DNA of 63,698 nucleotides, filler included, from Octopus bimaculoides (Eukaryota), in the NCBI RefSeq assembly GCF_001194135.2. It is 5 parts of 5 records of this genome, joined end to end, with 100 filler letters (N's around TTAATTAATTAA, not from the genome) between each part and the next. Parts side by side here need not be neighbours in the genome. Positions count along the whole stretch, not along the records: positions 26,096 to 47,625 come from NC_068987.1; 4 more parts are not named here. One strand, 5' to 3'. Positions 26,823 through 39,290 of the stretch are shown here, in pieces (position 1 is the first letter of the stretch; the number at the start of each line of letters is the position of its first letter). Position numbers and translations under genes: made by a program. The notes beneath the pieces were generated by a model. That model was not told the origin of the DNA. It ran no database searches and saw only the letters and a list, made by a program, of their open reading frames with translations.

Positions 26823-27249
26823 AAGCGGCGAGCTGGCCGAATCGTTAGCACAGCGGGCAAAATATTTAGCGTTATTTCGTCTGTCTTTACGTTCTCAGTT
26901 CAAATTCCGCCGTGGTCGACTTTGCTTTTCATCCTTTCGGGGTCGATAAAAGATGTACCAGTTGCGTACTGGGGTCGATCTAATCGACTTCCCCCCTCCC
27001 CCGAAATTTCGGGCCTTGTGCCTAGAGTAGAAAAGAGTAGGAAAGAACATTACCTAGCGACTAAGGCGACAAGCTAGCTGAATCGTTAGCACGCCGGCAT
27101 TTAAAGTTCCGAGTTCAAATGCTGCCGGGGTCGACTTTGCTTTTTATCTTTTTGGGTCGATAAAACAAATACCAGTCACACACTGGGGTCGATATAATCT
27201 ACTAGTCTCCTTCCCCCAAATTGCTGGCCTTGTGCGTATAGTAGAAAGG
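26823..27249 (+). mobile_element. Two tandem family B SINEs
   Basis: Copies at about 26823-27036 and 27062-27249, each with head, central GTCGACTTTGC...GTCGATAAA domain and GGCCTTGTGC...GTAGAAA tail. Confidence 0.85.
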
Positions 27250-27546
27250 ATAGATATGCATCCAGTTGTAGGGGTGTTGTTTTATGTTTATCACGTGTCT
27301 GTATTTTCTGCGGACGGCATTGTATATTACATCAGCAATAACATTGTGCCACAGTGGGCGGTAGATAATATCAAAATGACATTTTTGGACAGCTGCTGAT
27401 TACATGTGTTGTGTCCTTCCCAGAAGAGTGTCATTGCTGACATTTGCGGTTGCAACTTGGGAATTTAAGTTTCCCTCTCTCATTTGTTCCTTGGATATTC
27501 CGTAGCCATCTCCTAATTTTCGATTGCAAAAGCGTAATTTTTCGAG

Positions 27547-27578
27547 ATGTATGTATGGGTCTATGTATGCATATATGC

Positions 27579-27611
<33 letters not shown>

Positions 27612-27775
27612 CGCATGTATGTATGTATGTATGTATGCATGTATCCATGTATGCATGCATGTATGTATGTATGCATGTATGTATGTATGTATGCATGTAT
27701 GTATGTATGTATGTATGTATGCATGTATGTATGTATGTATGTATGCATGTATGTATGTTTGTATATATGTATATC
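27547..27775 (+). repeat. (ATGT)n compound microsatellite
   Basis: Long GTAT/GCAT tract. Confidence 0.95.
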
Positions 27776-28189
27776 TATAACCCATACACATGTATGTATA
27801 TACACATGCATCTGCACATGTAAACTTAGGAATTGCGGATCTAGGACCTTAGATGCTAAACTTCACCAATGTTTTACATAAGATAACAGCATCTTTGATA
27901 GCTTGTAGCTGTAATCACTTTATTAAGCATGTTCTTTCTGGTTCTGTGAACCCTACTCCATTTTGGTAGGTGTTGGCATGTGATAGGTAACTGACTTCAA
28001 CTACTGCGCATGATTGCTTCTTCATAGTTCCAGATCATTATGGTTGGTCAGTTATGCTTGCATTTTATTGAAAACTTGACAGGGATATTCGACCACAATC
28101 CACTTACATTGTATGTGACAATGTGATTATGTCCTCGACACCACTTTAGTTTCTTATATTTGTATCTTTAAGATTACCTTTTCTACAAA

Positions 28190-29060
28190 TTTCATAATAT
28201 AATCTAACCATGACATCATGCTTCATAGATAGGTAAAACCGCGGGGAAATTTTTCGGACATCTGTTTATTATATCGGTGTTGCGTTTGGTGTTAATTTCA
28301 TAAAATTTGCAACATTTGTCACATCTTGTTGGCTTACCTGCATCTCTACACCTTTTGTGCATCAGGTACAGTAATATTTCCTGTTTCCTTATTGCAAATG
28401 CATAGCCTTGAAGTTGAGAGCTAATATGACGTTGGTTAGTCTATCATGCATTACTCTGCGCATCAATAAAGCTGTCACTTTGAAACTTTCGGAAAATATA
28501 GCATGCATATATGGTTTTATTAATGATAGAAAATGTCACATCAATACAATGGAAGAAACCATAGTTAAATGTCAGCAATCTAATAAATATATGTACGTAC
28601 ACAGAATTGAGGCACTTAAAGAATCAGATACGGTTGTAACATCTCGGTTGAAAATATTGTCCACAAAATGCATGAGTACAAATGTATGAGTACAAATCTT
28701 GTTTATAAATGTACTGTGCATATAAGGAGAGGGCCGTATATTTACATTGGGTAGACGGCTGATTCATTTAAGAATCGTTATCATAATTATGTCGCTAGCT
28801 TTAAGACAAATCAATAAGAGACATTCAGCATCTTTGGCCGATTTTGTATGGCGACTGAAGGAGGATAAAATGAAATGCAGCATAATTTAGTCCACAGTAA
28901 GGCACGTGAAACCATACAATGTAATTTCCAGGAGATGCCGTCTCTGCTCCGAGGAATCACTCTCTATTCTGTGGACTAACGGGAAGATCATTAATAAAAT
29001 TTCTGAACGACTCTCGAGATGCCTACGCGCATATAAATGCGCAATTCCGCACAATACAGT
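28190..29060 (+). pseudogene. Penelope-like retroelement linker plus GIY-YIG endonuclease relic
   Basis: Manual translation from about 28680: KCMSTNLVYKCTVHIRRGPYIYIG*TADSFKNRYHNYVASFK/KRHSASLADFVWRLKEDKMKCSII*STVRHVKPYNVISRRCRLCSEESLSILWTNGKIINKISERLSRC; weaker linker-like matches upstream (HNII*...IGK..GKFF, FHKICN). Confidence 0.85.
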
Positions 29061-29641
29061 GGGAATGAATTTTGAGTAACCCTTAACATAATTTAATTTA
29101 CTTAAATGTATAGATGAATTAAGTTTACTTTAAACCTATCCATTCTTACAAACACCAAATAGATAGTTGACTCGCTTTGTTATTATAAGTGCACCAAACC
29201 TCACGAGTGCGTATGCTCACTTTCTCGCGGATGCTTGTATGAGCGAGTGTGCTCACGCCATGCAGCTTGCCCGAGGGCGTTTATACATCCTTATTCGTTA
29301 ACGGTTATTTTTAATACTTTTCTCGCTGGATTGTGTGTTCGTTTCTCTTTTTGCCATCTGTGATTTTATTTTTGATCTTCTATATGAATAAAGATATTTC
29401 CTCCGTCTGACTGCTTTTCTTTTTACAAAACAGGAAGTTACATTGCGGAACAGTTATTTTAACGAGCTCTATCTATATATCACCCGACCAGATAAATCTG
29501 CACCACCGGATGCTCCTGAACCAGTTGTTGAGTGTCCTATCAATGAGGGATCGATGCTAGATGTGTCGAAACAATTGTCGTGATTAATAATAAATTCTCG
29601 TATATTCCATCTTTCGTCTTTCATTTGCCATATATATATGA

Positions 29642-29828
29642 TTGACCGTTGACTGAACACTATTCAATTTTTTTTCTCCGTGTTTTTCTCCTTGTCTCCG
29701 TATTCTTTCTGTTGAAGAGCGTAGCTCGAAACGTCAAAGACTTTCCGTATTCCCGAGCGTCATACTAATATATACTTTTGTTGTTTGCACCACCTGTCCT
29801 CGTCTGTTGTTGTTTTTTGTATAATCTC

Positions 29829-29830
<2 letters not shown>
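29642..29830 (+). mobile_element. Short (~190 bp) Penelope-type terminal-repeat element with hammerhead-like core, embedded in (TA)n
   Basis: Contains TTGAAGAGCGTAGCTCGAAACGTC (29712-29735); near-identical copy at 34705-34893; TA repeats on both sides. Confidence 0.7.
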
Positions 29831-29893
<63 letters not shown>

Positions 29894-30874
29894 TATGCAC
29901 ATATGTCGTGCACACAAACATATATATATATATCCATATATAAAAAACTTACTTGGAAAAGGATGCGTGGCGTTCATATGTATATAAGCAGGCATACATG
30001 CATACTTACGTACATGCATATGGAAGTCTTCTATCAGTTTCCATCTACCAAATCTACCTACAAGGTTTTGGTCGGCCCTATGATATAGTAGAAGACTCTG
30101 TGTGTGTGTATTTAAGTGTTGACTACGCTCCTAGTAGTACGCCGTTAAAGCACGTTTACTGCCTATGACTACCAGACATCATCCACGGTAATTACACAAT
30201 TATCGCTGGAACTACCTCAAAAATCCCTCAGTGTATGTTGAGTATAAAACAAATGACAGAGACAGAAAATGGATTACACGAGTAACTGTATTGCTCACAA
30301 CGATTGTTTCGACACATCCTGCATCGATCTCACGAGCGTGGGAAACTATACAACTAGTTATGTTCATAGAGACTTTTGAGATAAGTCCTCATGATCAGAC
30401 CATTAAGCAAAATAAGCACGTGCATAGGTTATCAAGGAACGAGGGCACCACAGAAATGAAAATGGTCTACGGCACGAAAGAAATCATTTTTACTTGCTCA
30501 AATAATATTCGTAATGCCTACTGCTCAAATAATATTCGTAATGCCTACTAAGTATGGAAGTAATCTCTACTAAGTATAGAAGCAGAAGTTTTAAGTAAAA
30601 TTAATTTTAACAATATCATCGAAGTCTTTGCAATTAAATTACAGAACCGAAGGAGAAAGCTTTTCAAATATAAATAAAACGGATACATACAAAAATATTT
30701 TTCATCTTACTGGTTTGTTTCGTTTTGAAAAATAAAAATTTATTTCATGGTTTATTATCGTTTACATTTTAAATTATTTTTGCTTACATTTTGAACAATT
30801 TACATATACTTGGAAGTGCCAAAACCTTTTAAGTGCTTAAGGCCTCTATGGGTCTTAATGCGGTCCTGATATAT

Positions 30875-31097
30875 TCTTTTATTCTTTTATTCTTTTACTT
30901 GTTTCAGTCATTTGACTGCGGCCATGCTGGAGCACCGCCTTTAGTCGAGCAAATCGACGCCAGGACTTATTCTTTGTAAAGCTAGTAGTTATTCTATCGG
31001 CCTTTTTTGCCGAACTGCTAAGTTTCGGGGACGTAAACACACAAGCATCGGTTGTCAAGCGACGATGGTAGACACACACACACACAAACACACACAC

Positions 31098-31143
<46 letters not shown>
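30875..31143 (-). mobile_element. Family A SINE, 3' half up to the internal (CA)n and a gap
   Basis: Matches 3223-3500. Confidence 0.88.
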
Positions 31144-33322
31144 NNNNNNNNNNNNNNNNNNNNNNNNNNNNNNNNNNNNNNNNNNNNNNNNNNNNNNNNN
31201 NNNNNNNNNNNNNNNNNNNNNNNNNNNNNNNNNNNNNNNNNNNNNNNNNNNNNNNNNNNNNNNNNNNNNNNNNNNNNNNNNNNNNNNNNNNNNNNNNNNN
31301 NNNNNNNNNNNTCAAATTCCACCGATGTTGATTTTGCCTTTCATCCTTCCGGGGTCGATGTAATCGATTTTCTCTCTCCCCCGAGCTTTCTGGCTTGGTG
31401 CCAAAATTTGAAACCAATATGTAGTCACATATATAAATCAATGAAAAAGAAATCTCACCTTGCACTGTCCCCTTATGCATGAACAGTATATAGCTAAAAG
31501 CCTCGCAGTCGCTCCCTACATTCAGCCTCAGCGACCGAAGATCTCTCCTGGAAAACCTTTGGATATAAGTTTGCTCAATCAGGAGTGACCTAGGGCTAAA
31601 CAAAAACAACAACAGTAACAACAACAACAATGATCCAAAATGAAAACAAAGCTCATGAGGTGAGGGAAAAAATTACATTTTTTGAGAAGGGAGAAATGAG
31701 TTGTAGTGATGTTCATGCTTCCCATCCATTTCAGTTTTAGTTGCCTGTGGTGCATGTTTACTTTATGTAAGACGAAGCTTCTGTCTAGTTGCTTGACTTG
31801 CTAGAAATAGCACATAAATCTTCCTTAAATTGCACATTCAGGTTTGTCATGTCCTCTCGGACTCATTAAGATAGGCGCTTAACTGTGTTTCCATTGCGTA
31901 TATGTGTCTAAAATTACAACGTTGCCCCTGGATGGGACGATGGTCTGTCACAGAGTTAACTTCCCCGGTATTGCTGGAACTCATTTACAGCTGAATTGAC
32001 TGGAACAACATGAATGAAGTGTTTTGCTCAAGAAAACAACGCGCTGCCCTGTCCTAAAATTGAACCCACGACCTTAAGATCGTGAGCGTAAAACCCTGAC
32101 AGCTTGTCCACATGACTTCAGTGGAACACTTTGAGCGTATGTTTGTTCCATGGGGATTGACTGATTATTAAGGAACTCAGAGTCTTTAGGTGGTATCGTG
32201 GTGTGCTAGACATTGCAGCCAAATCTCCATTACATCATCAATAAAGCAGACCGTTAAAAACTGAAAAGCAGGGTCCATGAGATGATAATATGATCCTAGA
32301 TTATCTGGAAATAGGGAAAACAAACATGGCAAATTAGATGGCTATGGTTGGAACGTCTTTCGGTGATAGGTCTGTTATATTCGCACAGAGGTTTGGAGCT
32401 AGAGCTGCAGAAGAAGCAATAACACCAAGATTTACATCACTCCGATAACAACAACAAGAACAACCAAAAAACGGTTGAAGGGAAAAAGAAACAAAATAAA
32501 ATAAAAGAATTATCATAAATAATAACAATAACAACAGCAACAACAACTATATCGACAAGAACGGCAACAAAAATAAAAACAAAACAAACAAAATGGCGTC
32601 TGGAAAAGAGTGATATAAAATCTACAGCATTTGATGGCTTAATGAATGAAGATTCAAATGTAAGAGAAGCACTCAAAAATGCATTTGAAAATTAAATAGA
32701 ATAAAAATAAAGCACAAAATATAAAATAAAGTGAAATAATAGAATAAAATGAATAGAAAAATCAAATCTGGAGGTTAGTTTCCAATGTGGGCTGGAAGTG
32801 TTCAAGTTTCATTTAATCTGCTAAGCGGGGGACAATTCTTGCCGACTTTACCCCAGATATCATGCAATACGATAAGCCAAAACGGCTTCAAGGGATTTTT
32901 AATTCTCTGGTTGAAATCAGAACTGTCTTTTGGCCATCTTTCTCTGCTTTTCTTTCTCTTTCTTACTTCTGATTGCTTTGTGCGCGCGCGCGTGTATGTG
33001 TGTGTGTGTATTTATGTGTGTATGTATGCGTGTTTTGTCTAAATTGTATTTTATTTATTTTGGGGGCTGTTTTTACGTGCCGTACATATAGTAATATGAA
33101 GATTTTGCTTCTCAAACAAAAAAAGGATTTTAGTCCCTATTTTAAGGAAATTCCTGTTGAAATGAAGCAAAGAAGAATTTCTAAGAATTTCTAAGAAATA
33201 TTTGCTGAAAGGATTTGGTAAACTGATTAAATGAATTGGAATTTTATGATAAAAATAGGAAATGATTGGATTTTATGTCCGTCTGTATGAGTGCAGGATT
33301 ATACGTGTATGTATCAACGTGT

Positions 33323-33702
33323 GGAGGCGCAATGGCCCAGTGGTTAGGGCAGTGGACTCGCTGTCATAGGATCACGGTTTCGATTCCCAGACCGGGCGTT
33401 GCGAGTGTTTATTGAGCGAAAACACCTAAAGTTCCACGAGGCTCCGGCAGAGGATGGTGGCGAACCCCTGCTGTACTCTTTCACCACAACTTTCTCTGAC
33501 TCTTACTTCCTGTTTCTGTTGTACATGTAATTCAAAAGGTGAGCCTTGTCACACTGTGTCACGCTGATTATCCCCGAGAACTAGGTTAAGGTTACGCGTG
33601 TCTGTAGAGTGCTCAACCACTTGCACGTTAATTTCACGAGCAGGCTGTTCCGTTGATCGGATCAACTGGAACCCTCGACGTTGTAAGCAACGGAGTGCCA
33701 AC
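33323..33702 (+). mobile_element. Full-length family C SINE with 14-bp TSD
   Basis: GGAGGCGCAATGGCCCAGTGGTTAGG...GGTTTCGATTCCC tRNA-like head; ATGTATCAACGTGT at 33309-33322 and 33703-33716. Confidence 0.93.
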
Positions 33703-33988
33703 ATGTATCAACGTGTTGTTGGTGTTGTTGTAGTAGTTGTTGTTGCTCATCATCATCAACCCTGATCAAGGCAAATCTATGACCAAAGGCATTCCAGCTG
33801 TGACCATCCTGTCTCATCTTTATCAAATGTAGACTATCGAGGACAGCATTGTCCTTAATTTTTTTTTTTTGAACATCAGCATTGTGTGATTTGAATGAAA
33901 CTTGGCTACTCCTTCTAATAGTTTAAGTAACCTCGTTGATGCTTCCTCGCTGACCATATCTGTATGAATGAGCGTAGCGTGTACTTGT

Positions 33989-34371
33989 TGCTGTTGGCAC
34001 TCCGTCGCTTACGACGTCAAGGGTTCCAGTTGATCCGATCAACGGAACAGCCTGCTCGTGAAATTAACGTGCAAGTGGCTGAGCATTCAACAGACATGTG
34101 TACCCTTAACGTAGTTCTCGGGGATATTCAGCGTGATACAGAGTGTGATAAGGCTGACCCTTTGAATTACAGGCACAACAGAAACAGGAAGAGTGAGAGA
34201 ATGTTGTGGTGGAAGAGTACAGCAGGGTTCGCCACTATCCCCTGTCGGACCCTCGTGGAACTTTAGGTGTTTTCGCTCAATAAACACTCACAATGCCCGG
34301 TCTGGGAATCGAAACCGCGATCCTATGACCGCGAGTCCGCTGCCCTAACCACTGGGCCATTGCGCCTCCAC
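33989..34371 (-). mobile_element. Full-length family C SINE with 13-bp TSD
   Basis: Reverse-complement copy of 33323-33702; AGCGTGTACTTGT at 33976-33988 and 34372-34384. Confidence 0.93.
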
Positions 34372-34507
34372 AGCGTGTACTTGTATATACGAATGTAATA
34401 AGGATCCATGTACGCAGCAAAACCTCAGAATGCATTTATCGGTTTACTAATAAACAAGTCACACACACGCGCGCGCGTACATATAAACATACATAAATTC
34501 TTCCAAC

Positions 34508-34700
34508 AGGTGTGGCTGTGTGGCTAGAAGCTTCCCTCCCAACCACATGGTTCTGGATTCAGTCCTAATGCATGGTCCTGGGGCAGGTGTCTTCTATTGT
34601 TTTGGGCTGGCCAAAGCTTTGTAAATGGATTTGGTAGGCGTAAACTGAACGAAACACGTCCTATATATATGTGTATGTGCGTGTGTGTGTGTGTGTGTGT
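34508..34700 (+). mobile_element. Family A SINE, 5' half
   Basis: AGGTGTGGCTGTGTGGCTAGAAGC...AACCACATGGTTCTGGATTCAGTCC up to the internal (TG)n. Confidence 0.75.
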
Positions 34701-34704
34701 GTCT

Positions 34705-34893
34705 TTGACCGTTGACTGGACACTATTCAATTTTTTTCTCCGTGTTTTTCTCCTTGTCTCCGTATTCTTTCTGTTGAAGAGCGTAGCTCGAAACGTCAAA
34801 GACTTTCCGAATTCCCGAGCGTCATACTAATACATCCTTTTGTTATTTACACCACCTGTTCTCGTCTGTTGTTGTTTTTTCGTATATTCTCCC
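34705..34893 (+). mobile_element. Short Penelope-type element (second copy) inserted at a SINE-internal microsatellite
   Basis: Near-identical to 29642-29830; hammerhead-like core at 34774-34797. Confidence 0.7.
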
Positions 34894-36013
34894 ATATATA
34901 TNNNNNNNNNNNNNNNNNNNNNNNNNNNNNNNNNNNNNNNNNNNNNNNNNNNNNNNNNNNNNNNNNNNNNNNNNNNNNNNNNNNNNNNNNNNNNNNNNNN
35001 NNNNNNNNNNNNNNNNNNNNNNNNNNNNNNNNNNNNNNNNNNNNNNNNNNNNNNNNNNNNNNNNNNNNNNNNNNNNNNNNNNNNNNNNNNNNNNNNNNNN
35101 NNNNNNNNNNNNNNNNNNNNNNNNNNNNNNNNNNNNNNNNNNNNNNNNNNNNNNNNNNNNNNNNNNNNNNNNNNNNNNNNNNNNNNNNNNNNNNNNNNNN
35201 NNNNNNNNNNNNNNNNNNNNNNNNNNNNNNNNNNNNNNNNNNNNNNNNNNNNNNNNNNNNNNNNNNNNNNNNNNNNNNNNNNNNNNNNNNNNNNNNNNNN
35301 NNNNNNNNNNNNNNNNNNNNNNNNNNNNNNNNNNNNNNNNNNNNNNNNNNNNNNNNNNNNNNNNNNNNNNNNNNNNNNNNNNNNNNNNNNNNNNNNNNNN
35401 NNNNNNNNNNNNNNNNNNNNNNNNNNNNNNNNNNNNNNNNNNNNNNNNNNNNNNNNNNNNNNNNNNNNNNNNNNNNNNNNNNNNNNNNNNNNNNNNNNNN
35501 NNNNNNNNNNNNNNNNNNNNNNNNNNNNNNNNNNNNNNNNNNNNNNNNNNNNNNNNNNNNNNNNNNNNNNNNNNNNNNNNNNNNNNNNNNNNNNNNNNNN
35601 NNNNNNNNNNNNNNNNNNNNNNNNNNNNNNNNNNNNNNNNNNNNNNNNNNNNNNNNNNNNNNNNNNNNNNNNNNNNNNNNNNNNNNNNNNNNNNNNNNNN
35701 NNNNNNNNNNNNNNNNNNNNNNNNNNNNNNNNNNNNNNNNNNNNNNNNNNNNNNNNNNNNNNNNNNNNNNNNNNNNNNNNNNNNNNNNNNNNNNNNNNNN
35801 NNNNNNNNNNNNNNNNNNNNNNNNNNNNNNNNNNNNNNNNNNNNNNNNNNNNNNNNNNNNNNNNNNNNNNNNAATATATAATGAATATATACGCTCAATT
35901 GTGTGTGTGTGTGTGTTTCTTTGTATTTATGTATCAAACAGTAATTAGACGATCAACATGTGGAGTTACATTGTTTCTAAGCCAGCTTACTCATTGAAGA
36001 GTATTGATTACTG

Positions 36014-36076
<63 letters not shown>

Positions 36077-36249
36077 TACATAGTGTTACAATACATTTGC
36101 CAATTTTCCAGTTGCTCTTGATAAGTAATGGTAATTTCCATACAAGTATGACTCACACACACAAACACACACACACATATATATATATATATATGTATAT
36201 ATATTTATGTATTTATATATATATATACACATTTTATAAATTATATATA

Positions 36250-36285
<36 letters not shown>

Positions 36286-36782
36286 TATATATATATATAT
36301 ATATATGGAGTACATGTACATATATATATATATGTATGTATATATGTATGCATATATATATATATATATATACATTTTATTCATTATATATATATATACA
36401 TATATACATGTATGTATATNNNNNNNNNNNNNNNNNNNNNNNNNNNNNNNNNNNNNNNNNNNNNNNNNNNNNNNNNNNNNNNNNNNNNNNNNNNNNNNNN
36501 NNNNNNNNNNNNNNNNNNNNNNNNNNNNNNNNNNNNNNNNNNNNNNNNNNNNNNNNNNNNNNNNNNNNNNNNNNNNNNNNNNNNNNNNNNNNNNNNNNNN
36601 NNNNNNNNNNNNNNNNNNNNNNNNNNNNNNNNNNNNNNNNNNNNNNNNNNNNNNNNNNNNNNNNNNNNNNNNNNNNNNNNNNNNNNNNNNNNNNNNNNNN
36701 NNNNNNNNNNNNNNNNNNNNNNNNNNNNNNNNNNNNNNNNNNNNNNNNNNNNNNNNNNNNNNNNNNNNNNNNNNNNNNNNNN

Positions 36783-36846
<64 letters not shown>

Positions 36847-37152
36847 CTATCTCACATGTTCACCATAAAGAACAATTTACTTCATTTGCATATTTAGCAA
36901 CAGACCTGTCGTATCTACCTTCGCTTTCTCTAGACAGAACTGCTTTATCTCGTCAATTCCATCTCTACATTTCTATTAAATAAACTGATTGAATATAAAA
37001 GCGACTGGAACACACATCATTGACACTTTTATCGAATTGGTCTTCTGAAGTCGCTAAGAAAATGGTCAGCTCAGAATTAAATTCCTGCATTTCTTTACCT
37101 GTCTTTTATCTTTTACTTGTTTCAGTCATTGAACTGTGATCAAGCTGAGGAC

Positions 37153-37760
37153 CAGAGCCGTCGCTAAGCCCCTGCAACCCCTGCAGTCGCAGGGGGCCTC
37201 CGCGGTTGAGGGACCTCGTGTTAAAATCAAAGTACGTAGATGAAATCCAAGTACGTCTATTTATTTTGGTTAAGATGTTGAGCAAGCATTAAGCTATGAT
37301 AACTGAAAATTTAAAGAAATAAAATGGTAATACATTGTACCTGCAAAAGTTCTTGTAAAAATATTACATTGTACCACGAACGTGTACCAAACTTTGTGGA
37401 TTGTCTATGATATCTATTGGACATGAACTTAGCTCTCAGCTAGATTATTCTGAACTGATCGATAATTTCGGGTAGCGAAAAATGCGCCATGTTTGTCTTT
37501 GAAAGTTGCCTGGATTATAAAAATGCTCTTTTATTCATATCTGGAAGTTTTACTTATTGAAGTTTGTAATAGATCTAAATAAATTTAACCTGTACTCTTA
37601 AAGATGCTCTTTGGGATAACGTGAAATATTGAACTTCAGATAGAATAAAGTAAAATTTAGCTTTGAATAAAAGGTGCATAGTTTATGAATTTTGATTGAA
37701 GAAACGGGGCCTCGAAACAAAAAGTTGCAGGGAACCTCTAAAAGTCACGTGACGGAGCTG
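37153..37760. mobile_element. hAT-type non-autonomous element nested in a SINE tail
   Basis: Termini CAGAGCCGTC / GACGGAGCTG (imperfect TIR); flanks CTGAGGAC (37145-37152) and CTGAGGAT (37761-37768) form a 7/8 match 8-bp TSD; removing it restores family A tail-like sequence. Confidence 0.8.
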
Positions 37761-37929
37761 CTGAGGATAACGCCTTGATATCTTTAGTCTGGCGGTTCTC
37801 AACCGGGTTTTATATGGCTCTCGTGGGTCCATGCAAGGTCTTGTTAAAATTGGTGCAACAAATTAGTTATATTTCTTCAATACACAAAGTGTTTGAACAA
37901 TTCCTAAAAAAATTTTCTTCTGTTCTTTT

Positions 37930-38140
37930 ATTTGTTTTCGGTCATGCTGGAGCAGCGCCTTTAGTCGAACTAATCGACCCCAGAACATATTCTTTGTAAG
38001 TCTGCTACTTATTCTATCGGTCTCTTTTGTCGAACGGCAAAGTCGACCTCGGCGGAATTTGAACTCAGGACGTAAGGACGAACCAAATGCCTCTAAACAT
38101 TTCGGCCGGTGTGCTAACGATTCTGCTAGTTTACCGCCTT
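37930..38140 (-). mobile_element. Adjacent family A (3') and family B (5') SINE fragments
   Basis: CATGCTGGAGCAGCGCCTTTAGTCGAAC... followed by AAAGTCGACCTCGGCGGAATTTGAACTCAG... Confidence 0.8.
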
Positions 38141-38886
38141 AACGCTTGTTCTCATATTATAATTCCATCGGTACGAGCGTTATAAGCCTCCCTCCAAAAT
38201 GCTTATCAATAATAGCGTTTAATATTTAATAGGCAGAGCTCGTAACATTTAGCTGGCACATAAGAGTGTAAGCTAAAATGGAGATAAATACATTTAATTT
38301 GTCGAGTTCTATTTTGGGTTCATATGTATATTTGGTAACATTCATCCTATACAATGTATTATAATCGATAGACTTGGGATGCGGTTTCCGGTGAGTTCGG
38401 CTGCACATGTTGTTTATAAATGCTTCGAAATACAATATAGAACTATTGTAGACACAAAGCATTAACCTTATTGAGTACATATCGATTTGTAACTTAAGTG
38501 TGGAATAGGCACAAAATAAATCACAAAAGAAAACGATAGTTGGTAGGAAATAGCAAGGGTTGGCACGCTATTAGCCATGACGGAAAGAAGGAGGGAAGAA
38601 GACAAGAAAGCGGATGGACGCTAAATGGAGAAGATTAATACAAAGCATGTAAAGAAGTATGAGGAAGCGAAGTGGTTGAGTATTCCATAGACATGTTTAA
38701 CTTTCATGTACTTTACAAGTAGGATACGCGTGACACAATAAATAAGAGAAGGATTAACATTTAAATTACGAGCAAAATGCCAAGCTTTTACAAAAGTTCT
38801 GGGCATCCAAATACAGCCACAGAATAAATTTAGTAGAGACTTGAACAGGACGCCAGCTGTGAGATCGAACCCAGGAACTCATGATT

Positions 38887-38940
<54 letters not shown>

Positions 38941-39091
38941 NNNNNNNNNNNNNNNNNNNNNNNNNNNNNNNNNNNNNNNNNNNNNNNNNNNNNNNNNNNN
39001 NNNNNNNNNNNNNNNNNNNNNNNNNNNNNNNNNNNNNNNNNNNNNATATGGGACTCGAACTCAGAATGTACAGAGCCAGATGATTCTTTCT

Positions 39092-39290
39092 GCTAAAGGC
39101 ACAAGGCCTGAAATTTGGCGGGAGGGGAGTGGTCGATTACATCGACGCCAGTGTTTTACTGGTACTTATTTCATCGACCCCGAAAGGATGAAAGGCAAAG
39201 TTAACCTCGGCGGAATTTGAACTCAGAACGTATCGACGGGCGATATACCGCTAAGCATTTCGTCCAGCGTGCTAACGATTTTGCCAGCTC
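39092..39290 (-). mobile_element. Family B SINE
   Basis: Reverse-complement match including CTGGTACTTATTTCATCGACCCCGAAAGGATGAAAGGC. Confidence 0.85.

Noticed and set aside
27880-28190. Possible inverted Penelope endonuclease fragment (ANTYQNGVG)
   Set aside because: Only one weak motif could be read, which is insufficient.
30490-30590. 27-bp tandem duplication (also the 10-bp x4 repeat at about 25313-25352)
   Set aside because: Ordinary slippage products with no evidence of function.
33323-33400. tRNA-like heads (also 12122, 59064, 3600-3691, 26340-26425) as tRNA genes
   Set aside because: They have A/B boxes but continue into SINE bodies and lack a complete cloverleaf.
33964-34266. Recurrent ORF GFQLIRSTEQPAREINVQVAEHSTD (also near 41.0 kb and 50.0 kb) resembling a gene family
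   Set aside because: It is the antisense reading of the family C SINE; recurrence reflects SINE copy number.
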